Assembly (NCBI GenBank): GCA_009914755.4
Contig: CP068257.2
Location: 5,824,001 to 5,888,000, forward strand
Direction: 5' to 3'
From: the human T2T-CHM13v2.0 reference genome, Homo sapiens
Length of the DNA stretch: 64,000 nucleotides
The notes below the pieces were generated by a model. The model had not been told where the DNA came from. It saw nothing but the letters and a program-made list of their open reading frames with translations, and searched no databases. How positions within the stretch are numbered: position 1 is the first letter of the stretch; each line of letters opens with the position of its first letter. A program made the position numbers and the translations under genes. Shown one piece after another: positions 40,887-54,300 of the stretch.

Positions 40887-40902
40887 AATTGCATGCAATT
40901 CT
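40885..40902. repeat. Perfect 18-bp palindrome agaattgcatgcaattct at the right-hand junction of the inverted block.
   Basis: The reverse complement of agaattgca is tgcaattct. The left arm belongs to the inverted copy and the right arm to the resuming + orientation satellite. Confidence 0.85.
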
Positions 40903-43900
40903 ACTCCTTGCCATTCCACTACAGTCCAATCCATTCCACTCTACTTCTCTGCATTTCACTCCATTGCATTCCATTCCTCTGCACTTAATTATATTCAACT
41001 CCACTCCCCTCTAATCCATTCCATTCCACTTCTCTCCATTTCACTCCATTCCATTCCATTCCACTCCACTTCATTCCATTCTACTCCACTTCATTCCATT
41101 CCACTCCACTCCATTCCTTTCCATTCCATTCCACTCCATTCCATTCCATTCCATTCCATTCCATTCCATTCCATTCCACTCCACTCCAATTCATTCCACT
41201 CCAATACATTCTGTTCCACTCCACTCCACTCCTTTCTAATCCATTCCGTTCCATTTCATTCCATTCCATTCGATTCCATTCCATTCCATTCCAATCCATT
41301 CCATTTCATTCCACTCCACTCAACTCCTTTGCATTCCACTACACTCCACTCCATTCCACTCCATTTCATTCCATTCTACTCCATTCCATTCCACTCCAGG
41401 CCACTCCCCTCCACTCTACTCCACTCCAATTCACTGCAATCCACTCCATTCCAATCTACTCCTCTCCATTCCATTATATTCCACTCCATTCCAATTCACT
41501 CCAGTCAACCCCATTCTACTCCACTTCACTCCATTCCATTCCACTACACTCCATTCCACTCCACTGCTTTAAATTCTATTGCATTCCATTCGATTCCATT
41601 CCATTCCACACAACTCCATTCTAGTCCACTCAACTCAATTCCACTCCACTCCAATCCTGTCCACTCTATTTCATTCCAATTCATTCCATTCCACTCCACT
41701 CCATTCCACTCTATTATACTCAATTACATTCGATTCCATTCAACTCCACTGCACTCAATTGCATTTCATTCCATTCCATTCCATTCCGTTCCACATCAAT
41801 CCATTACTTTCCACTCCATTCCAATCCATTCCATGTCACTCCATTCCATTCCACTGCACTGCATTCCATTCAGCTCCACCCAATTCCATTCCACTCCATC
41901 CATTCCATTCCTTTCCACTCCATTTCACTCCCTTCCACTCCATTTCATTCCACTCCACTCCATTTCATTCCTTTCCAATCCACTCCATTCCATTCCATTT
42001 TATTCCATTCCATTCCAATCCATTCCATTCCATTCCATTCCATTCCACTGCATTCCATTCCATTCCGATCCAGTCCATTCCATTTCACTCCATTCCATTC
42101 CACTCCACGACATTCAAACTCACTCCACTCCATTTCACTCCATTCCATTCTACTTCATTCCACTCCACTCCATTCCATTACTCTCCTTTCCACTCCATTC
42201 CAGTGTTTTCCATTCCACGACACTCCACATCAATCCACTACACTCCATTCCCTTCCATTCCACTCTACTCCACTCCACTCCTCTCCACTCCATTCTATTG
42301 AATTCCTTTACATTCCACTCCACTCTACTCCTCTCCATTCCACTCCACTGCACTCCATTCCATTCCACTCCACTCCATTCCACTTAACTCCATTTCACTC
42401 CACTCCGTTCCACTCCACTCCACACCTCTCCACTTCATTCCATTGCACTGCTCTCCTTTCTATTCCACTGTAGTCCACTGCATTGTACTCCACTCCATTG
42501 CACTCCACTCCATTCTATTCCACTCCATTTAATTCCATTCCATTCCACTCAACTCCATTCCATTCCACTTCACTCCATTCCATTCCACTCCATTCCTTTC
42601 CATTCCATTCCATTCCATTCCACTTCACTCCATTCCATTCCACTCCATTCCTTTCCATTCCATTCCATTCCATTCCATTCCACCCCTTCCATTCCCCTGC
42701 ATTCCACACCACTCCACTCCAATACACTCCATTCCATTCCATTACATTCCATTGCACTCCATTCCATTCCATTCCATTCCACTCCGCTCCATTCCATTCC
42801 ACTTCACTCCACTACATTTCACACCATTACGCTCCATTCCATTTCATTCCACTCCACTCCATTCCACTCCACTCCACTCATCTGTAATCCATTCCATTCC
42901 ACTCCTTTCCATTCCTTTCCATTCCACTCCATTTCATTCTATTCCATTCGGCTCCATTCCATTCCACTAAACTCGAATACGTTCCACTCCACTCCTTTCT
43001 ACTCCATTCCACTCAATTCCATTTTATTGCACTCCACTCCATTCCATTCCTCTCCACTCCATTCCATTCCACTCCACTCTGTTCCATTCCACTCCATTTA
43101 ATTTCATTCCGTTTCATTCCATTCCTTTGCATTCCTTTTCATTCCATTCCATTCGATTCCAGTCCATTCCATTCCATTCCACTTGTCTCCAATTCTTTCA
43201 TTCCCATTACACTGCATTTCATTCCACTCCAGTCTATTCCTTTCCACTCAACTCCACTCCAATCCACTCCAATCCACTTTATTGCAATCCACTCCACTCC
43301 ATTCCATTCCACTCCATTCCATTTCTTGAACTCCACTCAAGTCCATATAACTCCACTGCATTCCATTCCACTCCACTCCATTCCATTCCTCTCCATTCCA
43401 TTACAACCCATTCCATTACCCTCCACTCCACACAAATCCACTGTCCTTCACTCCATTCCATTCCATTCCAGTCCATTCCATTCCACTCCACTCCACTCCA
43501 TTCCATTCCATTCCACTCCACTCCATCCATTCCCCTCTATTTCACTCCATTCCATTCCATTCTACTCTCTTCCATTCCACTCCACTCCACTCCATTCCAT
43601 TCCAGTCCAGTCCACTCCATTCCATTCCATTCTATTCCATTCCATTCTACTCCATTCCCTTCCCCTCCACTCCTCTCCATTTCAGTCCACTCCATTCCAT
43701 TCAACTCCATTCCATTTCATTCCGTTCTGCTCCACTCCATTCAATTTCATTCCATTCCCTTCCCTTCTCTTCCATTCCATTACCTTGCACTCCACTCCAC
43801 TCCCTTGCATTCCACTCCACTCCATTCCATTCCTCTCCTCTCCACTTTATTCCATTCAAATTCATTCCGTTTCACTCCACTCCCCTTCACTCCACTCCTC

Positions 43901-45566
43901 TCCACTCCACTCCACTATAATCCATTCCATTGCATTCCATTCCATTCTTTTCCACTCCACTGCACTCCATTCAACTCCACTCCATTCTACTCAACCCCAT
44001 TTCGTTCCTTTCCACTCCATTCGATTCCAATCCAGTCAATTCTACTCCTCTCTAATCAATTCCTTTACACTCGACTCCACTTCAATCCACTCCACTCATC
44101 TCCATTCCAGTCTATTTCAATCCACTCCTTTCCATTCCACTCCACTCCATTTCTTTCCACTGCATTCCATTCCATTCCATTCCATTCCATTCCATTCCAT
44201 TCCATTCCACTACATTCTATTCCACTCTAATCCACACCACTCCTGGCCACTTCACTCCATTCCATTCCATTCAATTAAATTTCATTCCATTACCCTACAT
44301 TTCATTCCATTCCATTCCAATACTCTCCGTTCCGTTCCACTCTACTCCACTCCATACCACTCCACTCCACTCCATTCCATTCCATTTCATTCCAATCCAT
44401 TGCATTCCACTCCACTCCAATTCATTCCATTCCACTGCATTCCACTCTGTTCTACTCCATTCCATTCCATTCCATTCCCTTCCACTCCAATCCACTCCTT
44501 TCCATTCCATTCCACTCCACTGCACTCCATTCCATTCCATTCCAGTCCATTCCTTTCCTTTCCATTCCATTCGATTCTATTGCAGTCCACTCCACTCCAT
44601 TGCATTCCACTCCACTCCATTCCATTACTCTCCACTCCATTTCATTCCATTCCACTCAACTCCATTCCACTACACTCCATTTCACTCCACTCCTCTCCAA
44701 TCCACTCCACTCCAGTCCATTCCATTGCACTCCGTTCCATTCCAATCCCCTCCACTGCACTCCATTCTCCTCCACTCCATTCCTCTCCAATCCATTCAAC
44801 TCCACTCCACTCCTTTGCATTCCAATGCATGCCATTCCAATCCATACCACTCCATCCCAGTCCATTCCACTCCACTCCATTCCATTCAACTCCACTGCAT
44901 TCCATTCCACTCCAATAATTTCCATTCCACTCCACTCAACTCCTTTCCATTGCATTCCACTCCACTCTACTCCACTTCTCTCCATTCCCTTCCATTAATT
45001 TCCTTTCCATTCTGATCCACTCCACTCCATTCCACTCCACTCCATTCCATTCCATTCCACTCCAGTAAAATCCGCTCCACTCTATTCCATTTCTTTACAC
45101 TCCACTTCACTTCACTCCACTCCTTTCCACTCCATTCCATTCTATTGCACTCTACTCCTTTCCATTCCACTCCACTCCGTTGCATTCTACTCCACTCCAT
45201 TCCTTTCCAATCCATTCCATTCCACTCCATTCCATTCCACTACAATGAACACCACTCCATTCCAGTTCTCTCCATTCCATTCAATTCAATTAAATTCCAT
45301 TCCATTAACCTCCATTCTATTCCATTCCTTTCCAATACTCTCCATTCCATTCCACTCTACTCTGCTCCATACCACTCCACTTTACTCCATTTCATTCCAT
45401 TTCGTTCCAATCCATTCCATTCCACTCCATTCCAATTCTTTTTCCTCCACCCCATTCCACACTATTCTACTCCATTCCATTCCATTCCATTCCATTCCAT
45501 TCCACTCCACTCCACTCCTTTCCATTCCATTCCATTCTACACCACTCCATTCCTTTCCTCTCCATT

Positions 45567-46345
45567 CCAATGTATTCCATGCCATTCCCTTCCATTCTTC
45601 TCCACTCCATTCCATTCGTATTCATGCCATTCCATTCCATTCCACTCCATTCCATTCCACTCCATTCCACTGCATTCCACTCCATCCCATTCCACGCCAC
45701 TACACTTCACCCCACTCCACTCCATTCCATTCCATTCCACTCCACTCCAATCCTCTCCATTCTATTCCATTCCATTTTATTCCATTCCACACCAGTCAAT
45801 TCCTTCCACTCCTTTCTAATCTATTTCATGCCACTCCATTCCTTTCTATTCCATTCCATTCCATTTCTATCCACTCCATTCCTTTCTACTCCATTCCAAT
45901 ATATTCCATGCTACTCCATTCCATTCTTCTCCACTCCATTCCATTCGTATCCATGTCATTCCTTTCCATTCCACTCCATTCCATTCCACTCCATTCCACT
46001 GCATTCCACTCCATCCCATTCCACGCCACTACATTTCACTCCACTCCACTGCATTCCACTCCATCCCATTCCACGCCACTACACTTCACTCCACTCCACT
46101 CCATTCCATCCCAGTCCACTCCACTGCAATCCTCTTCAATCTATTCCATTCCATTTTATTCCATTCCACACCACTCGATTCCTTCCACTCCATTCCAGTC
46201 TATTCCATGCAACTCCATTCCATTCTATTCCATTCCATTCCATTCCTATCCACTTCATTCCTTTCCATTCCATTCCACTCCATTCCATTCCATTCTATTC
46301 CACTCCATTCCATTCCATGCCACTACACTTCACTCCACTCCGCTC
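45567..46345. repeat. HOR-like block: ~329-bp unit repeated ~2.4 times.
   Basis: The unit begins ccaat(g/a)tattccatgc(c/t)a(t/c)tcc.ttccattcttctccactccattccattcgtat.catg.cattcc at 45567 and again at 45896 (329 bp apart), with a diverged partial third copy from ~46196. The ORF peptides 45245..47500 and 45570..47435 repeat ...FVFMPFHSIPLHSIPLHSTAFHSIPFHATTLH... . Confidence 0.8.
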
Positions 46346-49300
46346 CACTCTATTCCATTCCATTTCACTCCACTCCACTCCTCTCGACTCCATTTCATTC
46401 CATTACATTCGTATACTTTTCACTTCACTCCATTCCATTCCACTCCATTCCTGTCTACTTCACTCCATTCCACTCCACTCCAAATCATTCCACCACACTC
46501 CACTCAATTCCAATCCATTCCACTCAACTCCATTCTATTCCACTCCACTCCACTCAATTCTGCTCCACTCCACTCCGCTCCTCCACACTCCATTCCACTT
46601 CTCTCCACTTCACTTCACTGCACTCCACTGCACTCTATTCCATTTCACTCCATTCTTTTCCATTTCATTATATTCCATTCCTTTAAACACCATTCCATTC
46701 CACTCAATTCCATTCCATTCCACTCCATTCAATTCCACTCCATTCAATTCCACTCAAGTCTATTCCATTCCATTCCAATTCATTCCACTCCACTGTGTTC
46801 CAGTCCACTGGACACCACTCCACTTCACTCCATCCATTCCATTCCATTCCATTCAACTCCATTCCACTCCACCCCATTCCATTCCATTCCACTCCACTCC
46901 ACTCCATTCCAATACAATCCATTCCACTCCATTCCACTACATTCCATTCCACTCAATTCCATTCCATTCCACTCCATTCCACTCCATTCCATTCCATTCC
47001 AATCCACTCCAATCCTCTCCACAACATTCCATTCCATTCCTTTCCATTCCATTAAATTCCATTCCATTCCATTTCACTCAATTCCATTCCATTCCACTCC
47101 ACTCCAATCTATTCCATTCCATTCCATTCCATTCCACTCCACTCCACTCCATTCCACGCCATTCCATTCCATTCCTCTCCATTCCTTTCAACTCCACTCC
47201 ATTCCACTTCACTCTACTCCACTCAATTCCACTCCATTCCACTCCACTCTATTCCTCTCCACTACACTCCATTCCACTCCACTCCATTCCATTCCACTCC
47301 ACTCCATTCAATCCCACTCCACTCCATTCCATTCAAATCCACTCGAATCAATTCCAATCCATTCCACTCCACACCATTCCATTCCCCTCCAATCCATTCC
47401 ACTCCACACCACTGAATTCCACTACACTCCACTGAATTCCACTCCACTACCCTCCACTTCATTCCACTACACTTCTCTCCATTCCCCTCCACTCCATTAA
47501 ATTCCATTCCATTCCTTTCCACTTCACTCAATTCCAATCCACTACATTCCAGTCCAGTCCACTCCATTCCATACCACTCCACTCCATTCCATTCCACTCT
47601 GCTGCATTCCATTCCACTCCATTCCACTCTATTCATCTCCACTCCATTACATTCCATTCCACTCCCTTCCATTCCTCTCCACTCCACTCCACTCATTTTC
47701 ATTCCTCTCCACTCCATTCCATTCATCTCCACTACAATCAATTCCACTTTATTCCACTACAATTAATTCAATTCCTCTCATTTCCACTCCACTCTATTGC
47801 ATTCCACTCCACTACTTTCCATTCATCTCCACTTCATTCCATTCCATTCCACTCACTTCCATTCCTCTCCACTCCACTCCACTCCACTCCACTCAATTTC
47901 ATTCCACTCCACTCCATTGCATTCATCTCCACTTCACTCAATTCCACTTTATTCCACTACAATTCATTCAATTCCTCTCATTTCCACTCCACTCTACTGC
48001 ATTCCACTCCACTGCTTTCCATTCTTCTCCACTCCATTCCATTCCTTTCCACTCCATAAAATTACATTCCACTCCTTTCCATTCGTCTCCATTCCATTCC
48101 ACTCTATTCCATTCCGCACCACTCCCCTCTTTTGCACTCCATACCGCTCCATTCCATTCCACTCCACTCCAATCCTTTCCAGTCCACTCCATTCCATGCC
48201 ATTCCACTCGACTCCATTTTATTCTACTCCCATACATTCAGTTACACTCTTTTCCACTCCATTCCATTCCCCTCCATTCCATTCCATTCCATTCTACTCT
48301 ACTCCACTCCATTCCAGTCCACTCCATTGCGCTTCACTTCATTCCAATCCATTCCACTCCACTCCATTCCATTGCACTCCACTCCACTCCATTCCAGTCT
48401 ATTCCACTCCATTCTATTCCATTTCATATCATTCTGTTCCTCTATACTTCATACCTCTCCACTCCATTCCACTCCACTCCACTCCATTCCATTCCATACC
48501 ACTCCACTCCACTCCACTCTACTCCATTCCACTCCTCTCCACTCTTTTTCATTCCACACCACTCCATTCCACTCCACTGCATTCCACTCCACTGCATTCC
48601 ACTTCACTACACTCTGTTCCAGTTCACTACATTTCATTCTTCTCCATGCACTCCATTCCATTCCATTGAATTCCTTTCCATTCCACACCACTCCTTTGCA
48701 CCCCATTCCACTCCACTCCATTCCACTCCACTCTACTCCACTCCACTCTAATCCACTCCACTCCATTCCATTCCATTCCTTTCAATTCTATTACATTACA
48801 CTTCACTCCATTCCACTCCACTGCGCTTCATTGCACTCCACTCCATTCCATTCCAATCCACTCGATTCCACTCTGCTCCATTTCTTTCCATTCCATTCTA
48901 CTCTATTCCATTCATCTCCACTACATTCCATTCCACTTCACTCCATTCCACTCCATTTCATTCTACTCTACTCCACTCCACTGAATTCCGTTCCATTCCA
49001 TTCCACTCCATTACATTACATTTCACTACATTCCACTCCATTCCAATGCTTTCCACTCCATTACATTCTATTTCACCCCATTCCATTCCACTCCACTCGG
49101 CTCCCCTCCACTTCATTCCACACCACTCCACTCTTTTCCACGCCACTACACTACACTTCATTGCATTCCACACCACTCAACTCCACTATAACCCATTCCA
49201 CTCCACTCCTCTCTGTTGCATTCCACTCCACTACATTCCACTCCACTCCACTCCATCCACTCCATTCATTCCTCTCCACTCCATTCCATTCCATTCCATG

Positions 49301-51059
49301 CCACTCCATGCCATTCCATTCCACTACACTAATTTCCTCTCCATTCCACTCCACTTCACTCTACTCCACTCCACTACATTTCATTCCTTGCCTTTACATT
49401 CCATTCCAATCCATTCTGCTCCACTCCATTGCATTCCACTGCACTCCGTTCCACTCCACTCCATTATATTCCACTCCCCTCCATTCTACTCCACTCCATT
49501 CCATTCCAATCCATTCAAATGCATTTTTTCCACTCCACTCCGTTCCAATCCAATGCACTCTCTTCCACTCCTTTTCACTCCATTCCATTCCACTCTAGTC
49601 TACTCCACCCCTCTCCACTCCAATTTCATTCCATTCCATTCCATTCCACTCGATTCCACTCCATTCCTTTCCATTCCATTCCATTCCATTCCATTCCATT
49701 CCATTCCGTTCCATTCCATTGCATTCCACTGCACTCCATTCCATTCCACTCCACTCCAATCCATTCCATTAAATTCCAATCCATTCCATTCCATTCCACT
49801 CCACTCCATTCCATTCCACTCCTTTCCACTCCACTCCACACAATTCCACTCCACTCCATTCCACTTAATTCCATTCCATTCCACTCCATTCGATTCCAGT
49901 CCAAGCCATTCAATTCCTCTCCACTCCATTACACTGCACTCCCATTCGTTCATTTCCACTTCATTCCAATCCACTCCATTCCATTCCTCTCCATTCACCT
50001 CGACTCTCCTCCATTCCACTCCATTCCATTCCATTCCATTACCCTCCATTCCACTCCACTGCAGTCAATTCCACTCCATTCCTCTCCACTCCATTTCATT
50101 CCACTCCACTCCATTCAATTCTGCTCCCCTCCACACTGCTCCACTATGCTCCATTCGACTCCAATCCACTCCACTGCCCTCCATGTTTCAACACTCCATT
50201 CCATACCACTCCATTCCACTCCTTTCCACTGCATTCCATTCCATTCCAGTCCATTCAGTTCTACTTCACTCCATTCCTTTCCACTGCACTCCAATCCATT
50301 CCATTCCGTTCCATTCCATTCCATTCCATTTCATTCCATTCCTTTCCATTCTATTAAATTTCAGTGCACTCCACTGCATTCCATTCCACTCCATTTCAAT
50401 CCACTCCACTCCATTCCTCGTCAACCCTCTCCATTCCACTTCACATCATTCTATTCCACACGTTTCCACTCCACTCCACTCAATTCCATTCCACTCCACT
50501 CAATTCCACTTCACTCCATTCTGTTCATCTCCATTCCACTCCACTCCATTCCATTTCAATCCACTCCACTCCGCTCCAGTACACTCAATCCCACTACATT
50601 CCCCTCCACTCCACTCTACTCCACCCTCTTCATTCCATTCCACTCTACTCTATTCCATTCTACTGCATTTCATTCCATTCCACTCTATTCCAATCCACTC
50701 CACTCCGCTCAATCCCACTACATTCCACTCCAATCCATTCTATCCCAGTCCACTCCATTCCATTCCATTCCATTCCATTCCATTCCATTCCATTCCATTC
50801 CATTCCACTCTACTCCATTCAATTCCACTCCACTCCACTACATCCCATTCCACTCCACTCCATTTGATTCAGGTCCACTCGACTAAATCCTAATCAATTA
50901 CACTTCACAACATTCCATTCCACTCCAATCCATTCTACTCCATTCCACTCAATTTCACTGCACTCCACTGAATTCCACTCCATTCCACTTCACTCCACTG
51001 AATTCCACTCCATTCCACTTCACTTCAATCCACTCCACTCCACTCCATTCCATTCCTCT

Positions 51060-51310
51060 CCATTAAATTCCATTCTAAGCCATTCCATTCCATTTCACTT
51101 CACTGTATTCCCATCCACTCCATTCCACTCCAGTCTACTTCATTCCACTCCACTCCCTTCCATACCACTCCACTCCATTCCATTCCACTCCATTAAATTC
51201 CATTCCATTCCATTTAAGTTCACTCTATTCCAATCCACTCCATTCCACTGCAGTCCACTTCATTCCAACTCACTCCCTTCCATACCACTGCACTCCATTC
51301 CATTCCACTG
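51060..51310. repeat. ~125-bp tandem duplication (~88% identity).
   Basis: cattaaattccattc(taagc/cattc)cattccattt(cac/aag)ttcact(g/c)tattcc.atccactccattccact(c/g)cagt.cacttcattccaactcactcccttccataccact.cactccattccattccact recurs at ~51060 and ~51191. Confidence 0.8.
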
Positions 51311-54300
51311 TCCTGCACTCCATTCCACTCCATTCAACTCTATTCCACTCCATTCCATTACAATCCATTCCATTCCTCTCCACTCCACAACACTCCGTAT
51401 CATTCCACTCCACAACACTTCGTACCATTCCTCTCCACTCCATTCCATTCCACTCCACTTCCCTCAATTCCACTATATTCCTCTAAACTTCATTCAATTC
51501 CTCTCAATTCCCCTGCACTCCAGTCCATTCCACTCCACACCATTCGATTCCTCTGCAATCCATTCCATTCCATTCCACTCCAATCCATTACACTCCATTA
51601 AAATCCATTCCACTCCATTCCATTCCACACGAATCCTCTCCCTACCACTCCATACAACTCCATTCCAGTCCATTCCACTCCATTCCTATACACTCCACTC
51701 CATTCCACTCCATTCCTTTCCACTAAATTCCATTTCATTTCACTCAACTCCATTTATTCCACTCCACTGCATTCCATTACACTCTATTCCACTCCATTAC
51801 ATTCCTATACATTCCACTCCATTCCATACCATTCCACTCCACACCACTCCTTTCCACTCCACTCCATTCCTACTCACTTCATTCCATTCCATTCCATTTC
51901 ACCCCACACCAATCCATTCCACTCCACCCTTCCATTCCATTACATTCCACTGAAATACATTCCATGCCACTCCACTGCACTCCAATCCACTCCATTCCAC
52001 TCCGTTCCCTTCCATTTCACCCAATTCTATTCTTCTCCACTCCATTCCACTCCACTCCACTCAAATCCACTCCACTCCACTCTATTCCAATCCTCACCAC
52101 TCCGCTCCACTCCATTCCATTCAACTCCACTCCACCCCATTCCATTTCACTCCACTCCATTCCACTCCATTTTTCTCCACTCCATGCCACTTCACTCCAT
52201 TCCATTCCATTCCATGCCACTCCATTCCATTCCATTCCACTCCATTCCATTCCACGCCACTCTTTTCCACTCCATTCCACTCTACTCCACTCCATTCTAA
52301 TCCACTCCCCTCCATTCCTTTTCATTCCGTCCCTTTCCATTCCATTCAATTCCATTCCATTCTACTCCACTCCATTCCACTCCACACCACTCTGATCTAC
52401 TCCAGTCCGTTCCGTTCCACTCCACTCCATCCCACTTCACTCCATTCCATACAATTCCATTGCACTCCATTCCATTCCAATTCACTACATTCCATTCCAC
52501 TGCTCTCCATTGCATTCCATTCCATTCTACAATACTCCAGTCCACTCCACTCCACTCCATTCCATTCCATTTCACTTCACTGTATTCCAATCCCCTCCAT
52601 TCCACTCCATTCCGCTTCATTCCACTCCACTCCCTTCCATACCACACCACTCCATTCCATTCTACTCCATTAACTTCCATTCCATTCCATTCCATTTCAC
52701 TTCACTCTATTCCAATCCACTCCATTCCACTACAGTCCACTTCATTCCACTCCACTCCCTTCCATAACTCTCCACTCCATTCCATTCCAATGTCCTTCAC
52801 TCCATTCCATGCCTTTCCACTCCATTCAACTCTATTCCACTTCATTCCATTCCATTCCACTCCACTCCTCTCCACTCCATTCCATTCCATTCCATTCCAT
52901 TCCATTCAATGCCATTCCTTTCCATTCCATTTCATTCCATTCCATTCCATGACATTCCATTCCATTCCACTCCACTCCTTCCATTCCATTCCATTCCACT
53001 CCATTCCATTCCCCTATACCCCACACCATTCCACTCCACTCCACTCACCTCCACTCCACTCCATTCCATTCCACTCCCTTCCATTCGATTCCAATAAATT
53101 CCATTCCACTCCACTCCATTCCATTCCATTCCACTGCATTCCTTTCAATTCCTCTCCACTACATTCCATTCCACTCCACTCTATTTTATTCCACTCCACT
53201 ACATTCCCTTCAACTCCTTTCCATTCCATTCCATTCCACCCCACTCCATTCCATTCCACTCCATTCCATTCCATTCCACTCCATTCCACTCCACTCAACT
53301 CCATTATATTTTAATCCACTCCACTCCAATTCATTACATTCCCTTCCATTCCATTCTATTCCTTTCTATTCCATTGCATTCCATGCCTCTCCATTCCATC
53401 CCATTCCATTCCACTCCACTCCATTCCATTCCATTCCACTCCACTCCTTTCTATTCCACTCCAAACCATTCCATTCCACTCCATGATATTCCACTCCAAT
53501 CCACTCCCTTCCAGTCCACTCCACTCCTCTCATTTCTAATCAATTCCCCTCCATTCAACTCCTCTCCATTCCAGTCCACTCCATTCCAACCGTTCCCATT
53601 CCATTCCACTCCACTTCATTCCATTCCACTCCTTTCCACTCCACTACACTCCATTCCATTCCACTCCACTCCACTCCACTCCCCTCCATTCCATTTCACT
53701 CCAATACCTTCTATTCCTCACTACTACACTCCACTCCTTTCCATTCCGGTCCACTCCATTCCATCCCGTTCCATTCCACTCCACTGCATTCTATTCCGCT
53801 CCACTCCACTCACCTCCATTCCATTCAATGCCACTCCATTCCAGTCAAGCCCACTCGACTCTATTCCACTCCACTCCATTCCATTCCAGTCCAATCCATT
53901 CCACTGCACTCCACTCCACTCAGTTCCACTCCACTCCACTGAAATCAACTCCATTCCACTCCACTCCATTACACTACACTACACTCCATTCCTCTATACT
54001 CTATTAAATTCAATTCCCATGCATTCTATTCCATTCCATTTCACTCAACTCCAATCGACTCCATTTTACTACAGTCCACTCCATTTTACTCCACTCCAAT
54101 CCATTCCACTCCACTCCATTCTATTCCCCTCTCCAGCACTCTATTCCACTGCATTACACTCCATTCCACACCATTCCAATGATTCCATTCCATTCCACTC
54201 CATTCCATTCCTCTCCACTGCACTCCACTCCATTCCATTCCGTTCCACTGCATTCCACTCCATTCTATTCTATTCCACTAAACTGCATTCCACTCCTCTC

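Noticed and set aside
40626-40900. Whether the GGAAT-orientation block could be a separate inserted element (e.g. a mobile element or gene fragment).
   Set aside because: Its reverse complement matches the upstream satellite segment 39359-39615 nearly base-for-base. It is an inverted duplicate of local satellite, not foreign sequence.
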